Positions 12,080 through 29,415 of a stretch of DNA of 64,000 nt are shown here, one piece after another; within the stretch, counting starts at the first letter, position 1; each line of letters starts with the position of its first letter. The stretch covers positions 47,430,001 to 47,494,000 of the forward strand of contig OX597835.1 in NCBI GenBank assembly GCA_951406725.2, written 5' to 3'. Source of the DNA: Octopus vulgaris. Taxonomy: Eukaryota. The translations under genes were made by a program, and so were the position numbers. The notes under the pieces are model-generated. The model had not been told where the DNA came from, did no database searches, and worked only from the letters and a program-made list of their open reading frames with translations.

Positions 12080-12748
12080 GCACATACATACATACATACA
12101 TACACACATACATACATACATAGGTATATACATACATACATACATACATACATACATACATACATACATACATAGGTATATACATACACACTCTGTCGAT
12201 GTTGTTGAAATTACAACGAATGAGCCTTGGATCTCGGTTAGAAACCGGATTCTCTACTCCATAGGAGAAAGCTGATTCGAAGACCACAGATCCAATCCAT
12301 CACTGGAACTACGTTAAAAATTTAATAAAACTTTCCAGAAATTTCATGTTAATTTCACGAGTAGGCTGCTCCGTTGATCGGATCAACTGGGATCCCCGTC
12401 GTCGCAACCGACGGAGGGCCAATAACTTTGGTTCTTCAGTAAAACTGTCCATGAAAAAGTTTGCTATTTGAAGGAATATTGCCTCGTCCTATAGTTTATC
12501 TTTTACTTGTTTCAGTCATTGGACTGCGGCTAAGCTGGGGCATCGCATTGAAAAGTTTCTTATTCTATCCCAGTACTGATGAACTTTTCAATCAGACACT
12601 TATTTTATCGGTTTCTATTGACGAACTTCTAGGTTACAGGGACGGGAGCCAACAAGCACTGGCTATAAGCGGTGGGTGACAAACACAGACGCAAAGACAC
12701 ACATAAACACACAGACACGTGCACACACGCGTGCACACATGCATGCAC

Positions 12749-12843
<95 letters not shown>

Positions 12844-12864
12844 AGTCTGTCTCTCTTTCTCTCG

Positions 12865-12902
<38 letters not shown>

Positions 12903-12948
12903 CTATCTATATATCTATCTATCTATCAGTCTGTCTCTCTTTCTCTCG

Positions 12949-12988
<40 letters not shown>

Positions 12989-12993
12989 CTATA

Positions 12994-13086
<93 letters not shown>

Positions 13087-13198
13087 TTGTTGACTGTCTA
13101 TCTGTAGCATATCAATGTATCAGAAAATTACAACACATAAAAATCTTAGAGTAACTACGCATACATACACACACACACCACACAAACACACACACACG

Positions 13199-13257
<59 letters not shown>

Positions 13258-13855
13258 ACAGAAACACATGCATATACACAGACAAACGGAAAACAACAGA
13301 CCGACCAGTCAGCACCAATGCAGCTCCTAACGGACTGAGAGTTGTGTGCCAAAAAGCAGAGTCCACATTTTATCCTTCAGACATCTTTGTTTGCCACCAA
13401 AACGAGGCTAAGATTGCTTAAACAACTTCCTCTCTGTTATTGAGCTAACAGATGCTGGATGCCTTTTATGTAAAGGTATGGGTTTGGGGTAGAACTGAAT
13501 AATTGTGTTGGTAGGGGAAGGGATTCAGCATATACACACACTAAACACACACAAAGGAAGACAGGGACACATTCGTTCATACATAGATACATACATACAT
13601 ACATACATACATACACACATACATACATACATAGGTATATACATACATACATACATACATACATACATACATACATACATACATAGATATATACATACAC
13701 ACTCTGTCGATGTTGTTGAAATTACAACGAATGAGCCTTGGATCTCGGTTAGAAACCGGATTCTCAAAACCAGAAAGGAGAAAGCTGATTCGAAGACCAC
13801 AGATCCAATCCATCACTGGAACTGTAAAAATTTAATAAAACTTTCCAGAAATTTA
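12080..13855 (+). repeat. Local direct duplication, about 265 bp (12080-12345 and 13595-13855)
   Basis: CACTCTGTCGATGTTGTTGAAATTACAACG...AAAACTTTCCAGAAATTT present twice, each with the same interrupted (CATA)n upstream. Confidence 0.9.
12498..12700 (-). mobile_element. SINE family A 3' half, reverse orientation
   Basis: TCTTTTACTTGTTTCAGTCATTGGACTGCGGC is the reverse complement of the family A tail. Confidence 0.7.
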
Positions 13856-14402
13856 CCATTTAAAGATATATGCGCATGTCTAGACATGCAAGGATATGCA
13901 ATGAGAATACATGCATCAAACAAAACATGCAAAACTGCACATTCACTGACTCCAGATGCTGCACACATATGCACAATTACCCTTTGGTGTTGCTGAAATG
14001 CCAATGGAGGAACCTTGGATCTAGGTTAGAAACCGTCTATCTGAAAACCGAGAAATCCTAAATTTCACCCCTTAGTTATTTGTGTGGTTCTGGGTGTATA
14101 TATAAAACAATAAAGGTTGCCGGAAGTAATTTAAAACCAAAAAGGAAACAATTTGCCGTCACTAAAAGGGGCCAAAAGGTGCAATGAGTACTAGCATTGC
14201 TAGAAACGATACTAACCGATACTAATGTTTTTTGCCACGGAAACGTGGATGTCCTACACAGATAACAGTTACTATATTTTAACCTGAGGAAAACATTTTT
14301 TCCAGCTGCTTAACGACACATAATCTGTGTCTGATAATTGCAAGTAAGGGAGAGAATTACTCACCTCCAGTGTGGCAAGAACCAGTAGTGGACACTCGCC
14401 TG

Positions 14403-14455
<53 letters not shown>

Positions 14456-14461
<6 letters not shown>

Positions 14462-14657
14462 TATAAAGTTAATCCAAACATGAAAGCACAAAAAACCACA
14501 ACAACGCCAGGACGTGGAACAAATATAGTATTATTGGACGCTCAGGAAAGAAGGAAAGAAGGAGGGTTTAACGTTTCGAGCGGAGCTCTTCGTCGGAAAC
14601 ATAGGAGAAGGAAAGATCCAGAGAAGGGAAGACAGAGGAAAAAAATCGCCAACGGTA
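14456..14657 (-). mobile_element. Hammerhead cassette family H1, abutting (TA)n
   Basis: Near-identical to 35362-35579; minimal hammerhead at 14566-14600: GUUU-CCGACGA-A-GAGC-UCC-GCUC-GAAAC-GU-U-AAAC. Confidence 0.8.
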
Positions 14658-14704
14658 GGGTAATAATAAAAAACGAATTAGACTATATATTATTCATATA
14701 GAAA

Positions 14705-14883
14705 TACAATAAGAGGCTTCCAAATAGGAAAGCGTTGTGCTAGAAAGAGCAGTAGAAATCTCAAGATCACAAAAAAGGATCAATTCACGAAAGGAATGAA
14801 AATTAAAAACGTTTACCATCTCAACTATTTCCCAGATTTCTACTTCTCTTTCGAGCACAACGCTTTCCTATTTGGAAGCCTCT

Positions 14884-14890
<7 letters not shown>
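14705..14890. repeat. Inverted repeat, about 57-bp arms and about 73-bp spacer
   Basis: AATAAGAGGCTTCCAAATAGGAAAGCGTTGTGCT...AGAAATCT versus AGATTTCT...AGCACAACGCTTTCCTATTTGGAAGCCTCTTATT. Confidence 0.9.
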
Positions 14891-14927
<37 letters not shown>

Positions 14928-15063
14928 TTAGAGACAAAACCACTATTATGCAAATCAAATAAAGAAAGACTTAATCCAATACATAAAATTTTTTATATAA
15001 ATTAAATATAATTAAGATATCCACTACGATATCCCTGTAAATTTGGATTTATTCCCTAATATT

Positions 15064-15100
<37 letters not shown>

Positions 15101-15210
15101 GAAAATATAAATATTAATAATATGAGGGTCCTGATTATGACTGGGGCCATCAGTCGAGTAAGTAGGCAGAGATGTAGTGGAGATTTTAAAATTTGGTCGC
15201 TCACGGAAGA

Positions 15211-15282
15211 CTCCACTGAAGATAACCAATTAGATTCGCGCTCATGCACGTGACCTGAAGAGCTTGAAACTGTAGTATTGAG
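15211..15282 (+). ncRNA. Degenerate type I hammerhead motif in a (TA)n-flanked island
   Basis: CUCCA-CUGAAGA-[43 nt, weak stem II]-GAAAC-UGUA-GUA-UUGAG; stem I has one mismatch. Confidence 0.5.
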
Positions 15283-15446
15283 CTATCCTCTATTCCTCTA
15301 ATGGTCTCCGTAGAGATAAGACAAAAATTTCCTATATTCACCGCCCGGAACACATCTCTGCCTGTAAATATTCAGTGAAACTCTACATAGCGCCGTAAAC
15401 TTACCGGCTGCTATTTCTAGCAATGATCATACTTCGTGTACACATA

Positions 15447-15513
<67 letters not shown>

Positions 15514-15723
15514 ATATATATATATGTATATAAGTGTGTGTGTGTCTCTGTCTATCTCTCTCTCTCTATATATATATATACACATAGAGAGAGAGAGAGT
15601 GAGAGAGAGAGAGAGGAAGAGAGAGAGAGAGAGAGAGGACGAGAGACAGAAGGAGAGAGGAGGAAAGATGCATAAATAGAAACATAGAGGTTGAAAAGTA
15701 TGTGTGCATGTTTATATATATAT

Positions 15724-16551
15724 ATGTGGACTGTTGCCATAGTAACGAAGCTAAAGCACGCAGAGTAAAGTGGCTTGGTACAGATTGACTTGGAACTCTG
15801 CTGCGCATGCGCACAAACTCTTCGCAGCAGGGCTTGGAAGGAAGGTGTGTAGCGTATGATCGTCGCATTGACCATGACAGAGAAAGTTGAGCAGAGAATT
15901 TGCATCAAATTTTGCCAAAAGCTTGGCGACGCCTGCTCAGTGGCCTATGCAAGGTTTTCAAAAATTTCTTATCGTTCTCGACACAGTCAAGGAGATCTTG
16001 TGCAACTGAAACCCGAGTGTCCTTTTGGTCAGCTGAAAGCAGTTTTGGCACAAACTTGGCAGACATGCCTCTCTTACCCAAACCTTCTATGATAATGGAC
16101 TGAAGTGAACCGTAACCAATCTGCACATCTTTTGATAACTTACAGATGATGAGTCGTCGATTTTCCCTCACAGCTGCTCGCACATCTGCGATATTTTTCT
16201 CGGTTCTGCTGGCTGCGAGCCTCCCAGAACGTTCGTCAATATCGGCAGTTTTTCTGTCATTTTGGAAACCACTCGTACACGTGTATGTGGCTCATACTCT
16301 CCTCTCTATACATTTTCTACAGCTTTCTATAGGCCTTTGACCATGACAACTTTCTCTGCCATGGTCAATACGATGATAACACGCTACACACCTTCCTACC
16401 AAGCACTGCTGTAGACAACGGAAATGAGTTTGAACGTTAAAACTTAGTGTGCAAGAGTTCAAAGTCAGTTTATGTCAAGTGGCTTCACTCTGCGTGCACT
16501 GGCTTCCTTACTATGCCAACAGTCCGGATACTTACTGATCAGACCTCGTGT
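15724..16551. mobile_element. Rearranged mariner: two inverted 5' ends around a transposase fragment
   Basis: Plus strand MTEKVEQRICIKFCQKLG at about 15874; minus strand RENRRLIICKLSKDVQIGYGSLQSII...AKFVPKLL; 15724-15890 is the inverted counterpart of 16345-16530; the right end (reverse complement TACACGAGGTCTGATCAGTAAGTATCCGG) is TIR-like. Confidence 0.85.
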
Positions 16552-16811
16552 ATATGCGTGTGTGTGTGTATACAGACACATACATATATGTATATATATA
16601 TACATATATAATATATATGTGTGTTTATATATATAGGAAAGTGTGAAATGTAGAAGAAGTGTAGAGTAGAAGAGATCATCATCATCATCACCATCAGCAG
16701 AGAGAGAGAGAGAGAGATGGGGAGAAATAATGTGAGATATGGCATGGGTAGGCGGTTCTGGGGTATCAATTAAGGTGAGAGATAGAGGGAGAGAGAGAGA
16801 GAGTGTGTAGG

Positions 16812-16856
<45 letters not shown>

Positions 16857-16974
16857 AAGAGAGGAGAGAGGTTAACTAATGTCTAAATAGCTGTCCTCAC
16901 TGAATGAGGAAATTGCGTGCCACTTGGAATATTCCTCACCTCAGCTACGTCACCTCTTGCAGTTCCTACAACAC

Positions 16975-16976
16975 CG

Positions 16977-17033
<57 letters not shown>

Positions 17034-17034
17034 T

Positions 17035-17100
<66 letters not shown>

Positions 17101-17630
17101 CTCCTAACATGCATAATCACGACCACGACCACGACCACAACCCCCACCATTACCATTACCGCCACAACGATTAGCACTTCTTCCGACGCCGATACCTTTA
17201 GCACCAAAACCACCACCACCACCACCACCACCACCAACACCACCACCACCACCACCACCACCGGCACCACAATTACTTTACTACTATACTACTACCACTC
17301 GCCGCCGCGCCGCCGCCAAAGCTGTAACTTCCACCCCCACCCCCACCATCACCATCAATGACAACAAAAACTATGACGACGACAGCAACACTTCTGGGAC
17401 TCGAAGCATCTACCCCCGTCGCCTTTACCCTTACCACCACCACCACCATTACCATTGTCAGAATTAACACTACCACCTTAACCACAATTACTACAACTAC
17501 TAACATCATTATTACCACCAGCAGCAGCACCACCACCAGCACCACCACCACCACCACCAGCATCACCACCATCACCGCCACCACCACCATCACCATCACC
17601 ACCAACAACAACAACAACAGCACTATTATC
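16975..17630. repeat. (TAC)n followed by degenerate (CAC)/(CAA) repeats
   Basis: Visible directly in the sequence. Confidence 0.9.
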
Positions 17631-17884
17631 GCCACAAGATCTACGCAGATCCTTTAATCCGGGACGACAAAAAGCTGCGAGACCTTCTTACCATTCAAAG
17701 GATGATGAACAGCACACTTTGGTACTTACTCTGTTGATCGCTTTTGCTGAACAGCTAAGTAGGCTTCTTATTCTGATGGTCTCGGGTTCAGTCCTACAGC
17801 GTGGCACGTTGGACAAGCGTTTTCTACTAATGAAGAGATTTGATAGACGCAAAGTGAAACAAATCACGTCGTAAACATACACAC

Positions 17885-17915
<31 letters not shown>

Positions 17916-17966
17916 TACACACACACATATATATATACATATACATATATACAACCATATATATAT

Positions 17967-18012
<46 letters not shown>

Positions 18013-18147
18013 GCATATATACATACATGCATACATACATACATACATTTATATATATATGTTTATATATATATAATATATATATATATGTATATAATAT
18101 ATAATAATATATTCTCATATATTCCACCTTCTGTCTTTCAGCTGTTT

Positions 18148-18227
<80 letters not shown>

Positions 18228-18229
<2 letters not shown>

Positions 18230-18387
18230 CGCAGGCGTGGCTGAGTTAAGAAACTTGCTTCTCAACCACATGGTTCTGGGTTCAGTCCCACTCTGTGTCA
18301 CCTTGGGTACAAGTCTTTTGCTATAGCTTCGGACCGACCAAAGCCTTGTGAGTGGACTTGGTAGATGAAAACTAAAAGAAGCCCGTC

Positions 18388-18435
<48 letters not shown>

Positions 18436-18822
18436 ATGTATGTATGTATGTATGTATGTATGTATATATGTATGTATGTATGTATGTATGTGTGTATGTA
18501 TGTATGTATGTATGTATGTATGTATGTATGTATGTATGTATGTATGTATGTGTGTATGCATGTATGTATGTATGTATGTATGTATGTATGTACGTACGTA
18601 TGTATGTATGTTGTTTTTTTGTCTGTGTTTGTCCACAGACGCTTGACAACCGATGTTGGTGCGTTTACATCTCCGTGAATTAGCGGTTCGGCAAAAGAGA
18701 CGGATAGAATAAGGACTAGGCTTCGAAAATAAGTCCTGGGGTCTATTTGTTGGACTAAAATCCCTTCAAGATGCCTCAGCATGGCCACACTCCAATGAAT
18801 GAAACGAGTAACAGATAAAAGA
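18228..18822 (+). mobile_element. SINE family A, full length, with about 220-bp internal microsatellite
   Basis: GGCGCAGGCGTGGCTGAGTTAAG head, GGTTCAGTCCC, GAAGCCCGTCG-(TA)/(TATG)-GTCTGTGTTTGTCC, CAGCATGGCCAC tail. Confidence 0.88.
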
Positions 18823-19914
18823 CGTGTGTGTGTGTGTGTGTGTGCACGCATGTGTATGTTTGTGGGTGTGTGTGTATGTGTGTGTATTGTTTGTGTATGT
18901 GTATGTGTGTGTATTGTTTGTGTATGTGTTGTGTATGTGTATGTGCACGCATGTGTTTGTGGGTGTGTGTGTGTGTGTATGCGTGTGTTGTGTGTGTGTG
19001 CACGCATGTGTATGAATGTGCGTGAGAGTCTATGTGTGTGCGTGCCATCTCAAACTGTGCAAAGAACATCCATATTGGCTTTATGCTCCAACGCCTCTGT
19101 GGAAAACCTGTGCTCCAGCCTGGACGTAGAGTGTCCCTTACAAGTAAACTGAACACCCAGTTAAATGAAACGTTAGGGATAAACAGACAGTGCCAGATCT
19201 GGTTTCCAACCAGCACACACACATATACAGTCATATACATACATGCACACACACATACACCACCTATATATAATTGCAGTTAAGGGCCACTGGAAATGAC
19301 CATCGCCAATGCTAGAAATAGGTGTCAAATACCTACAATCCACTCTACAATTTATTCTCTATATTCAACCACAGATACGAAAGCGAGGGAATGAGCAAGA
19401 AAATAGAAAAATATTGGATAATTCTATACCTCAAGATTTCAAGCTCCGCAAAAGAAAAAAAATTGCTTTGCGATCTTCAGTAGAATAAGCCATTAATATA
19501 TAAACGAGAAGTCTACGTACCCACGGGTAAATTCATTTGCAGTCACCAACGTACAGATACATTTCCTATGCTAGGCCACTGATATAATCATTTTATGATT
19601 ATCTCCTTAGCTTATAAGTATACACAGCTATATATATATATATAGCGATAATCTGATATCTTTGTAAAAATATATTATCCGGTGCCATATCTGGTTACCA
19701 AAATTTTACTCCGCAGAGAGGAGGCCAATTTATGGTAGCACCAACGTATCAGAAACGCCAGTACCGTCATACATACATTCTTGAAGCAAATAACCAATGC
19801 TGTGCCCATCTCTTCGAGTCAAGAAGATCTTTTTGTAAACCGGAAAAGGAAACTTCATTATTAATGAAACCCAGAGAGACAAAGAAAACTCTTCGAGCAG
19901 TGAGTACCTTTCAT

Positions 19915-20148
19915 CTTTCATCTTTTACGACTTCCAACCATTAGACTGTGGACATACTGGAGCAGAACATCGAAAGACTTTTAATCGAATGTATCTACCC
20001 GAGTTTTAAATTTATTTTAAAACCGTGGTACTTATTTTATCAGTCTCTTTTGCCGAACTGCTGTTACAGGGATGTAAACACACCAACACCGGTTGTCGAA
20101 CGTTGGGGTGGGGAAGAGTAAACACACACACACTCGCATACACTTATT

Positions 20149-20225
<77 letters not shown>

Positions 20226-20495
20226 ATGACAGGCTTCTTTCAGTTTCCGTCTACCAAATCCACACACAAGGTGATAATGGACGACACTTGAGGCATAGGC
20301 GTGGCTGCGTGGTAAGAAGCTTGCTTCCCAACCACATGGTCCCAGGTTCTGTCCCATTGCGTAGCACCTTGGGAAAGGGTCTTCTACTGTAGCCTGGATC
20401 GGCAAAAAGACCAACATTCGGGGCCGGTTCGTTCTATTAAAAATTCTTCATGGCGTTGCTCCAGTTTGGCCTCAGCCTAATGGCAAACGATAAGA
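19915..20495. mobile_element. Divergent pair of family A SINEs (minus 19915-20271, plus 20291-20495)
   Basis: CTTCTTTCAGTTTCCGTCTACCAAATCCAC (reverse) followed by GGCATAGGCGTGGCTGCGTGGTAAGAAGCTTGC (forward). Confidence 0.75.
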
Positions 20496-20569
20496 GAAAC
20501 CTCGTCCAAATCACATTCTTCTGGTTAAAAAGACAAAGGACTCATTAGAAATATTCGGAGGGGGGGAAA

Positions 20570-21790
20570 TGTTGATGTTGAAAGGTGATGGTGTTGCTGT
20601 TGGTGGTGCTGATAGGGATAAGATTAGTAATGATGATGGTGTCGGCAGCGGCGGTGGTGGTGATGTCAATGACAGTAAAGATAGTGGTGGTAGTAGTAGT
20701 GGTGAGTGTGATGACGATGGTGGTGGTGATGATGATGATAATCGTTGTGATGGCGGTGGCGGCGGTGTGCTGATGATTGTGAGAGTGCTGGTGATGGTGG
20801 AGGTGGTGGTGGTGGTCGTCGTCGTCCTAGCAATGGTGGTGGTGACGGCGGGGATGGTGATGACAACGATTGCGAAGACAACGGTGGCGGCGGCAGCGGG
20901 GCGGTGGTGGTGGTGTCGACGGTTGCAGTGGTTGAAGCGGCAAATGTGGATCGCGACGGTGGTGAGGAAGCTGTTGGCGAGGCCTCCTTCGTCAATACGG
21001 GGTGGTTAGGGTGAAGGTGGGGGTGGTAAGCGAGGTGGCGGGTGGTTGGGTGATGATCTGGGGGTTGGGGTGAGTGTTCTTGTGCAGCAGAACTAAAAAG
21101 CCATTCCATAGAATCAAATAAGACAGATGCCTCCAAACAAAGCAAAACATGGCGGATTATAGGATTAAACCATTGTGCAGAAGGGGGGTCAGGAGAGGGG
21201 AGTGAAGCCTTAGGTTTGTTTAGTGTTTCTTTTTGCTTGTTTTTTTCCCCGTTTTTAGGAATATTTTTGCTTATCAATTATAGTTGTTTTGCATCCATTG
21301 TTTGTTTGTTGATGTTGTTGCTGTTGTTGTTGTTATTGCTGTAGTGTTACGTTTTATAGTCGTCGTTATTGTTGTTGTTGTTTGTTTGTTTTCAGCTTGT
21401 TGCACCCGATCAAATAGAAACATTTTTCTTTTTTTTTTTTGCTATTCACTAATCATTTTAAGGTTCAAATGAACAACATCAACAACAAAACACAACGAAA
21501 ACAAACAACAATAATAAAAATCAAAACAAAGAAAGAAAGAAACAAACAAAAAATATGAGCAATAAAAGTATGAACAGCAGTAGCAGTGGCAACAACAACA
21601 ACAACAACAACATCAGCAACACCAGAGAAGCTGCAAAACAATAAACAATAACAACAGAAACAAACACACACAAAAAAACAACAACAATAATAATACCAAC
21701 AACATATAAATTAATAACAACAAAATTAAAAAGCAAGAAGCAAGAAGCAAAACGAAAAGAAAAAAACAATCTGAAAAAAAAAGAATAAAA
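20570..21790. repeat. Low-complexity (GGT/GAT), (GTT) and (CAA) tracts around a short unique core
   Basis: Visible directly in the sequence. Confidence 0.8.
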
Positions 21791-22139
21791 ATAAATAGAA
21801 AGGAAACCGCGAAAGCGCAGTCTCAAAAACGACCGCCATTATCCACCGGTTTTAGAAGCTAACTATAAAAAGAAAAAACAGAAAAAAACGCCCCAAAATT
21901 CGCAACAAAACTAACTGCAGTCTTCAAGATAAATCCCTAAACTATATCACGTCACTATCAGCACACGTTCCTTTCTATTGAGAGGGTATTTATTAAAAAG
22001 AACTCGAGGTCAAATTGGAGGAAATCTCCAAGTTTACCATTCGCCATTCACCGACAACACACAGCCATTACAAACACCCCGACCACACCGGAAGAAGCTC
22101 TTCTTTGATGGAGATAAATTTAATTAACCATATTGTTTC

Positions 22140-26400
<4,261 letters not shown>

Positions 26401-26417
26401 GCATTGGCAAATAAATT

Positions 26418-26635
26418 TTTCTTTACTACCCACAAGGGGCTAAACACAGAGGGGACAAACAAGGACAGACAAAAGGATTTAGTCGATTACATCGACCCCA
26501 GTGCGTAACTGGTACTTAATTTATCGACCCCGAAAGGATGAAAGGCAACGTCGACCTCAGCGGAATTTCAACTCGGAACGTAATGACAGACGAAATACGG
26601 CTATGCATTTCGCCCGGCATGCTAACGATTCTGCC
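26418..26635 (-). mobile_element. SINE family B (tail type 1)
   Basis: Reverse complement of 26680-26899; includes ATCGACCCCGAAAGGATGAAAGGC. Confidence 0.88.
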
Positions 26636-26668
26636 CCCTCCCATAAAGGACTGATAGAATATGTACAA

Positions 26669-26901
26669 GGCGGCGAGCTGGCAGAAACGTTAGCACACCG
26701 GGCGAAATGCCACGCGGTATTTCGTTCTGCCGTTACGTTCTGAGTTCAAATTCCGCCGAGGTCGACTTTACTTTTCATCCTTTCGGGGTCGATAAATTAA
26801 GTACCAGTTACGCACTGGAGTCGATATAATCGACTTAATTCCTTTGTCTGTCCTTGTTTGTCCCCCTCTATGTTTAGCCCCTTGTGGGCAATAAAGAAAT
26901 A
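26669..26901 (+). mobile_element. SINE family B (tail type 1), full length, with 13-bp TSD
   Basis: GGCGGCGAGCTGGCAGAAACGTTAG head, GAGTTCAAATTCC B-box-like motif, TTTCATCCTTTCGGGGTCGATAAATTAAGTACCAG core; TSD AGAATATGTACAA at 26656-26668 and 26902-26914. Confidence 0.92.
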
Positions 26902-28634
26902 AGAATATGTACAATGCTTTAAAGAAAGAAGTACTGGGCCGATTCATTCGACTGAAAGTTCTTGAGGAGCAATGCTGCAGCATGGCCGCGTTAATGACTG
27001 AAACCTTAAAATGTTACAGGTAATATAATATAAATTAAAAGCATCAAATTGTCCTTGAAGAGATCAAAATTAATTAAAATAACTGATAACTATGATTAGA
27101 AGGCGGCCACCTGGCACATTCTTAGCATGTCACTCAAAACGCCTTGCGGTATTTCTTTTCGGTTTTCCCCCTGCCCTAAAAAAAAGAAAAGATTGTTGTT
27201 CTCGAAACCTGCGAAGGCCCACTGTCCTGCTCTGGAGAAATGTTGTGATCTCAGTATTCACCAGAGGAAGAAGGTAACCATCCTTATACATCCCATGGCT
27301 CGAGAAAAAATAAATCATATCAGGAATCTAAACAGGAATACGACAATTAAGAGAAGCACAAGCATGAAAATATAAAGAAATTAAGCTCAATGGATCTTCG
27401 TCGGCGTCGATGAGGAACATCAAAGTTGTTCGATAATGTGAACTAGTTCATTAAATGAAAATGCATGTGGTTGAGTATTCCACAGAATACTCACAGAATA
27501 CACACGCTCTTACTGGAATCCTTGAGCAGAAAAAGTTAGCATGACACATGTGCTTCTTTGAACTACTTACTACAGGTCCATCCAACCAGCTTCAATGTAG
27601 ATTTCCTTCGACTTAATTGCCTTTACAAAGTTTATATCGTCACGTGGTTTACAGCAAAAAAAGACGAGTTTTGCCCAATATGCTACATGGTTGAATTGGA
27701 AAAAAGATCTCATGATTATGAAGTAAATTTCTTAATCATCCGTCCATGTATGTGCGTCCAAAATAATTAACAGAAAAAATAGCGTTTAAGAAGTAATATG
27801 AAAGACATTAGATTCATAATTAAAACATAGCTAAATGCCGAAGTCTAAGCTGGGTTGCTTTTAACCATGTATTTGCTAAATCAGGTTAGATCTAGGGTTA
27901 AAATAAAGAATAAAATACTCCCCAGTGTGGGTAATCGACCTGCTAAAAATAGTGGTCAAATCTCCCTCATATCACACGACTTAAACGAGAAATGATACAT
28001 TAGATGGTGTGCTCCTTGATATATAATACAATATTTGATTAAATAAAAGACGAGGTTGTCACAGAAAGAAGGCCCCCGAACCTTTAAGTTTTGGCTCTGA
28101 TTGATTTGGGTTGACCTAGGTACGACAAAAGCAATATCAACAACAATCAAAGTTATATAATAAAACAGAATGGGAAATACAAGGATGGCACTTATTGAAA
28201 AATTATCGGTCTCATTATTTCGGTAGCATCTTGGAAATATCATTGTGCCAATAAAAAACACGCAGACCATGGAGAGAACAGCGCTCTATGGAAGTCAACC
28301 AGCAGAAATAACGACACACAGACCATGACTCTAACAATTTAATAACAGACTAAAGCAAATGAAACAACAATAACGACAAGAACAGCAGCAGCCGTTCAAG
28401 AATTTGGACCAGGAGATCTCCATTTCCAGCGACTTCGAGGGCCCAGTGGTGCCGGGCGTCAACGAAGAGTCCTCGACTACAACAAGACGACCAAAGCTAT
28501 TTTTTTACAAGGTCTGGGATCTCCCGCCCCTAAACCCTAGACCATCACCTAATCACCCTTACCCGTCTTGTTGCTTAATAACAACAACAACAACAACAAC
28601 AACAGCAGCAACGAAAGCAACAAGAACGTGAATA

Positions 28635-28830
28635 TTGATTACAAATTTTGGCACAAGACCAGGAATTTCTGGGTGAAGAGGTCAGTCGATTGACCTCAGT
28701 GTTCAACTGGTACTTATTTTATTGACCCCGGAAAGGCGAAAGGCAAAGTCGACCTCGACGGAATTTGAAGAAATGTCGCTGAGCATTCCCACCTCCCACC
28801 CACGGCGCGCGAACGATTCTACCCGATCAC
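28635..28830 (-). mobile_element. SINE family B (tail type 2), diverged
   Basis: GGCACAAGACCAGGAATTT...ACTGGTACTTATTTT...AAGGCAAAGTCGACCTCGACGGAATTTGAA. Confidence 0.7.
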
Positions 28831-28989
28831 CACCTTCACATGGATATGTGAACAAGACCTACAGCAACGGCATTAAGAACGATTTGCATAACATTTACAA
28901 TAGCAACCAAAAAACAACAACCAAAAACAACAGCTTATTAACCAATAGAAGTGCATACTGTTGGCATTACGACCCTCCTAATATATAAC

Positions 28990-29368
28990 AAAATCTGATT
29001 CAACACACGATTTCGGATCAAGAAGCATTATTTCTGGTTGACCAGCAAAGGTCAAGACGATGCATCAGCATTTAAAGGGTCATCGGTCGCATGGCTAAAC
29101 CGGACTGCCCTAACACATCTTTATTCTTGACCCTTTACCAGTTGCAAAAATATATGAGGAGCAGTTTAAAAGAAAGTCTAAACAAACCTGGACGGTGCCA
29201 GCTTTGCAGTGGACTGCCTGCATCCTTGCAGCATTCTTGCCTCTGCATCATCCATGCAATTATAACAACGAACGGACAAAGGGCAACCATTGACAGGCAG
29301 CACCTTGCGAAACTGGCTTCGACAAAAGACCCGAGACAACAAATGAGTTGTGAGAGAAACTTACTAAA
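28990..29368 (+). pseudogene. Possible decayed RTE-like LINE 3' fragment
   Basis: Weak motifs TISDQEAL and GH/IGRMAKPDCP resemble the RTE C-terminus; ends at (CA)n. Confidence 0.3.
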
Positions 29369-29369
29369 T

Positions 29370-29415
<46 letters not shown>

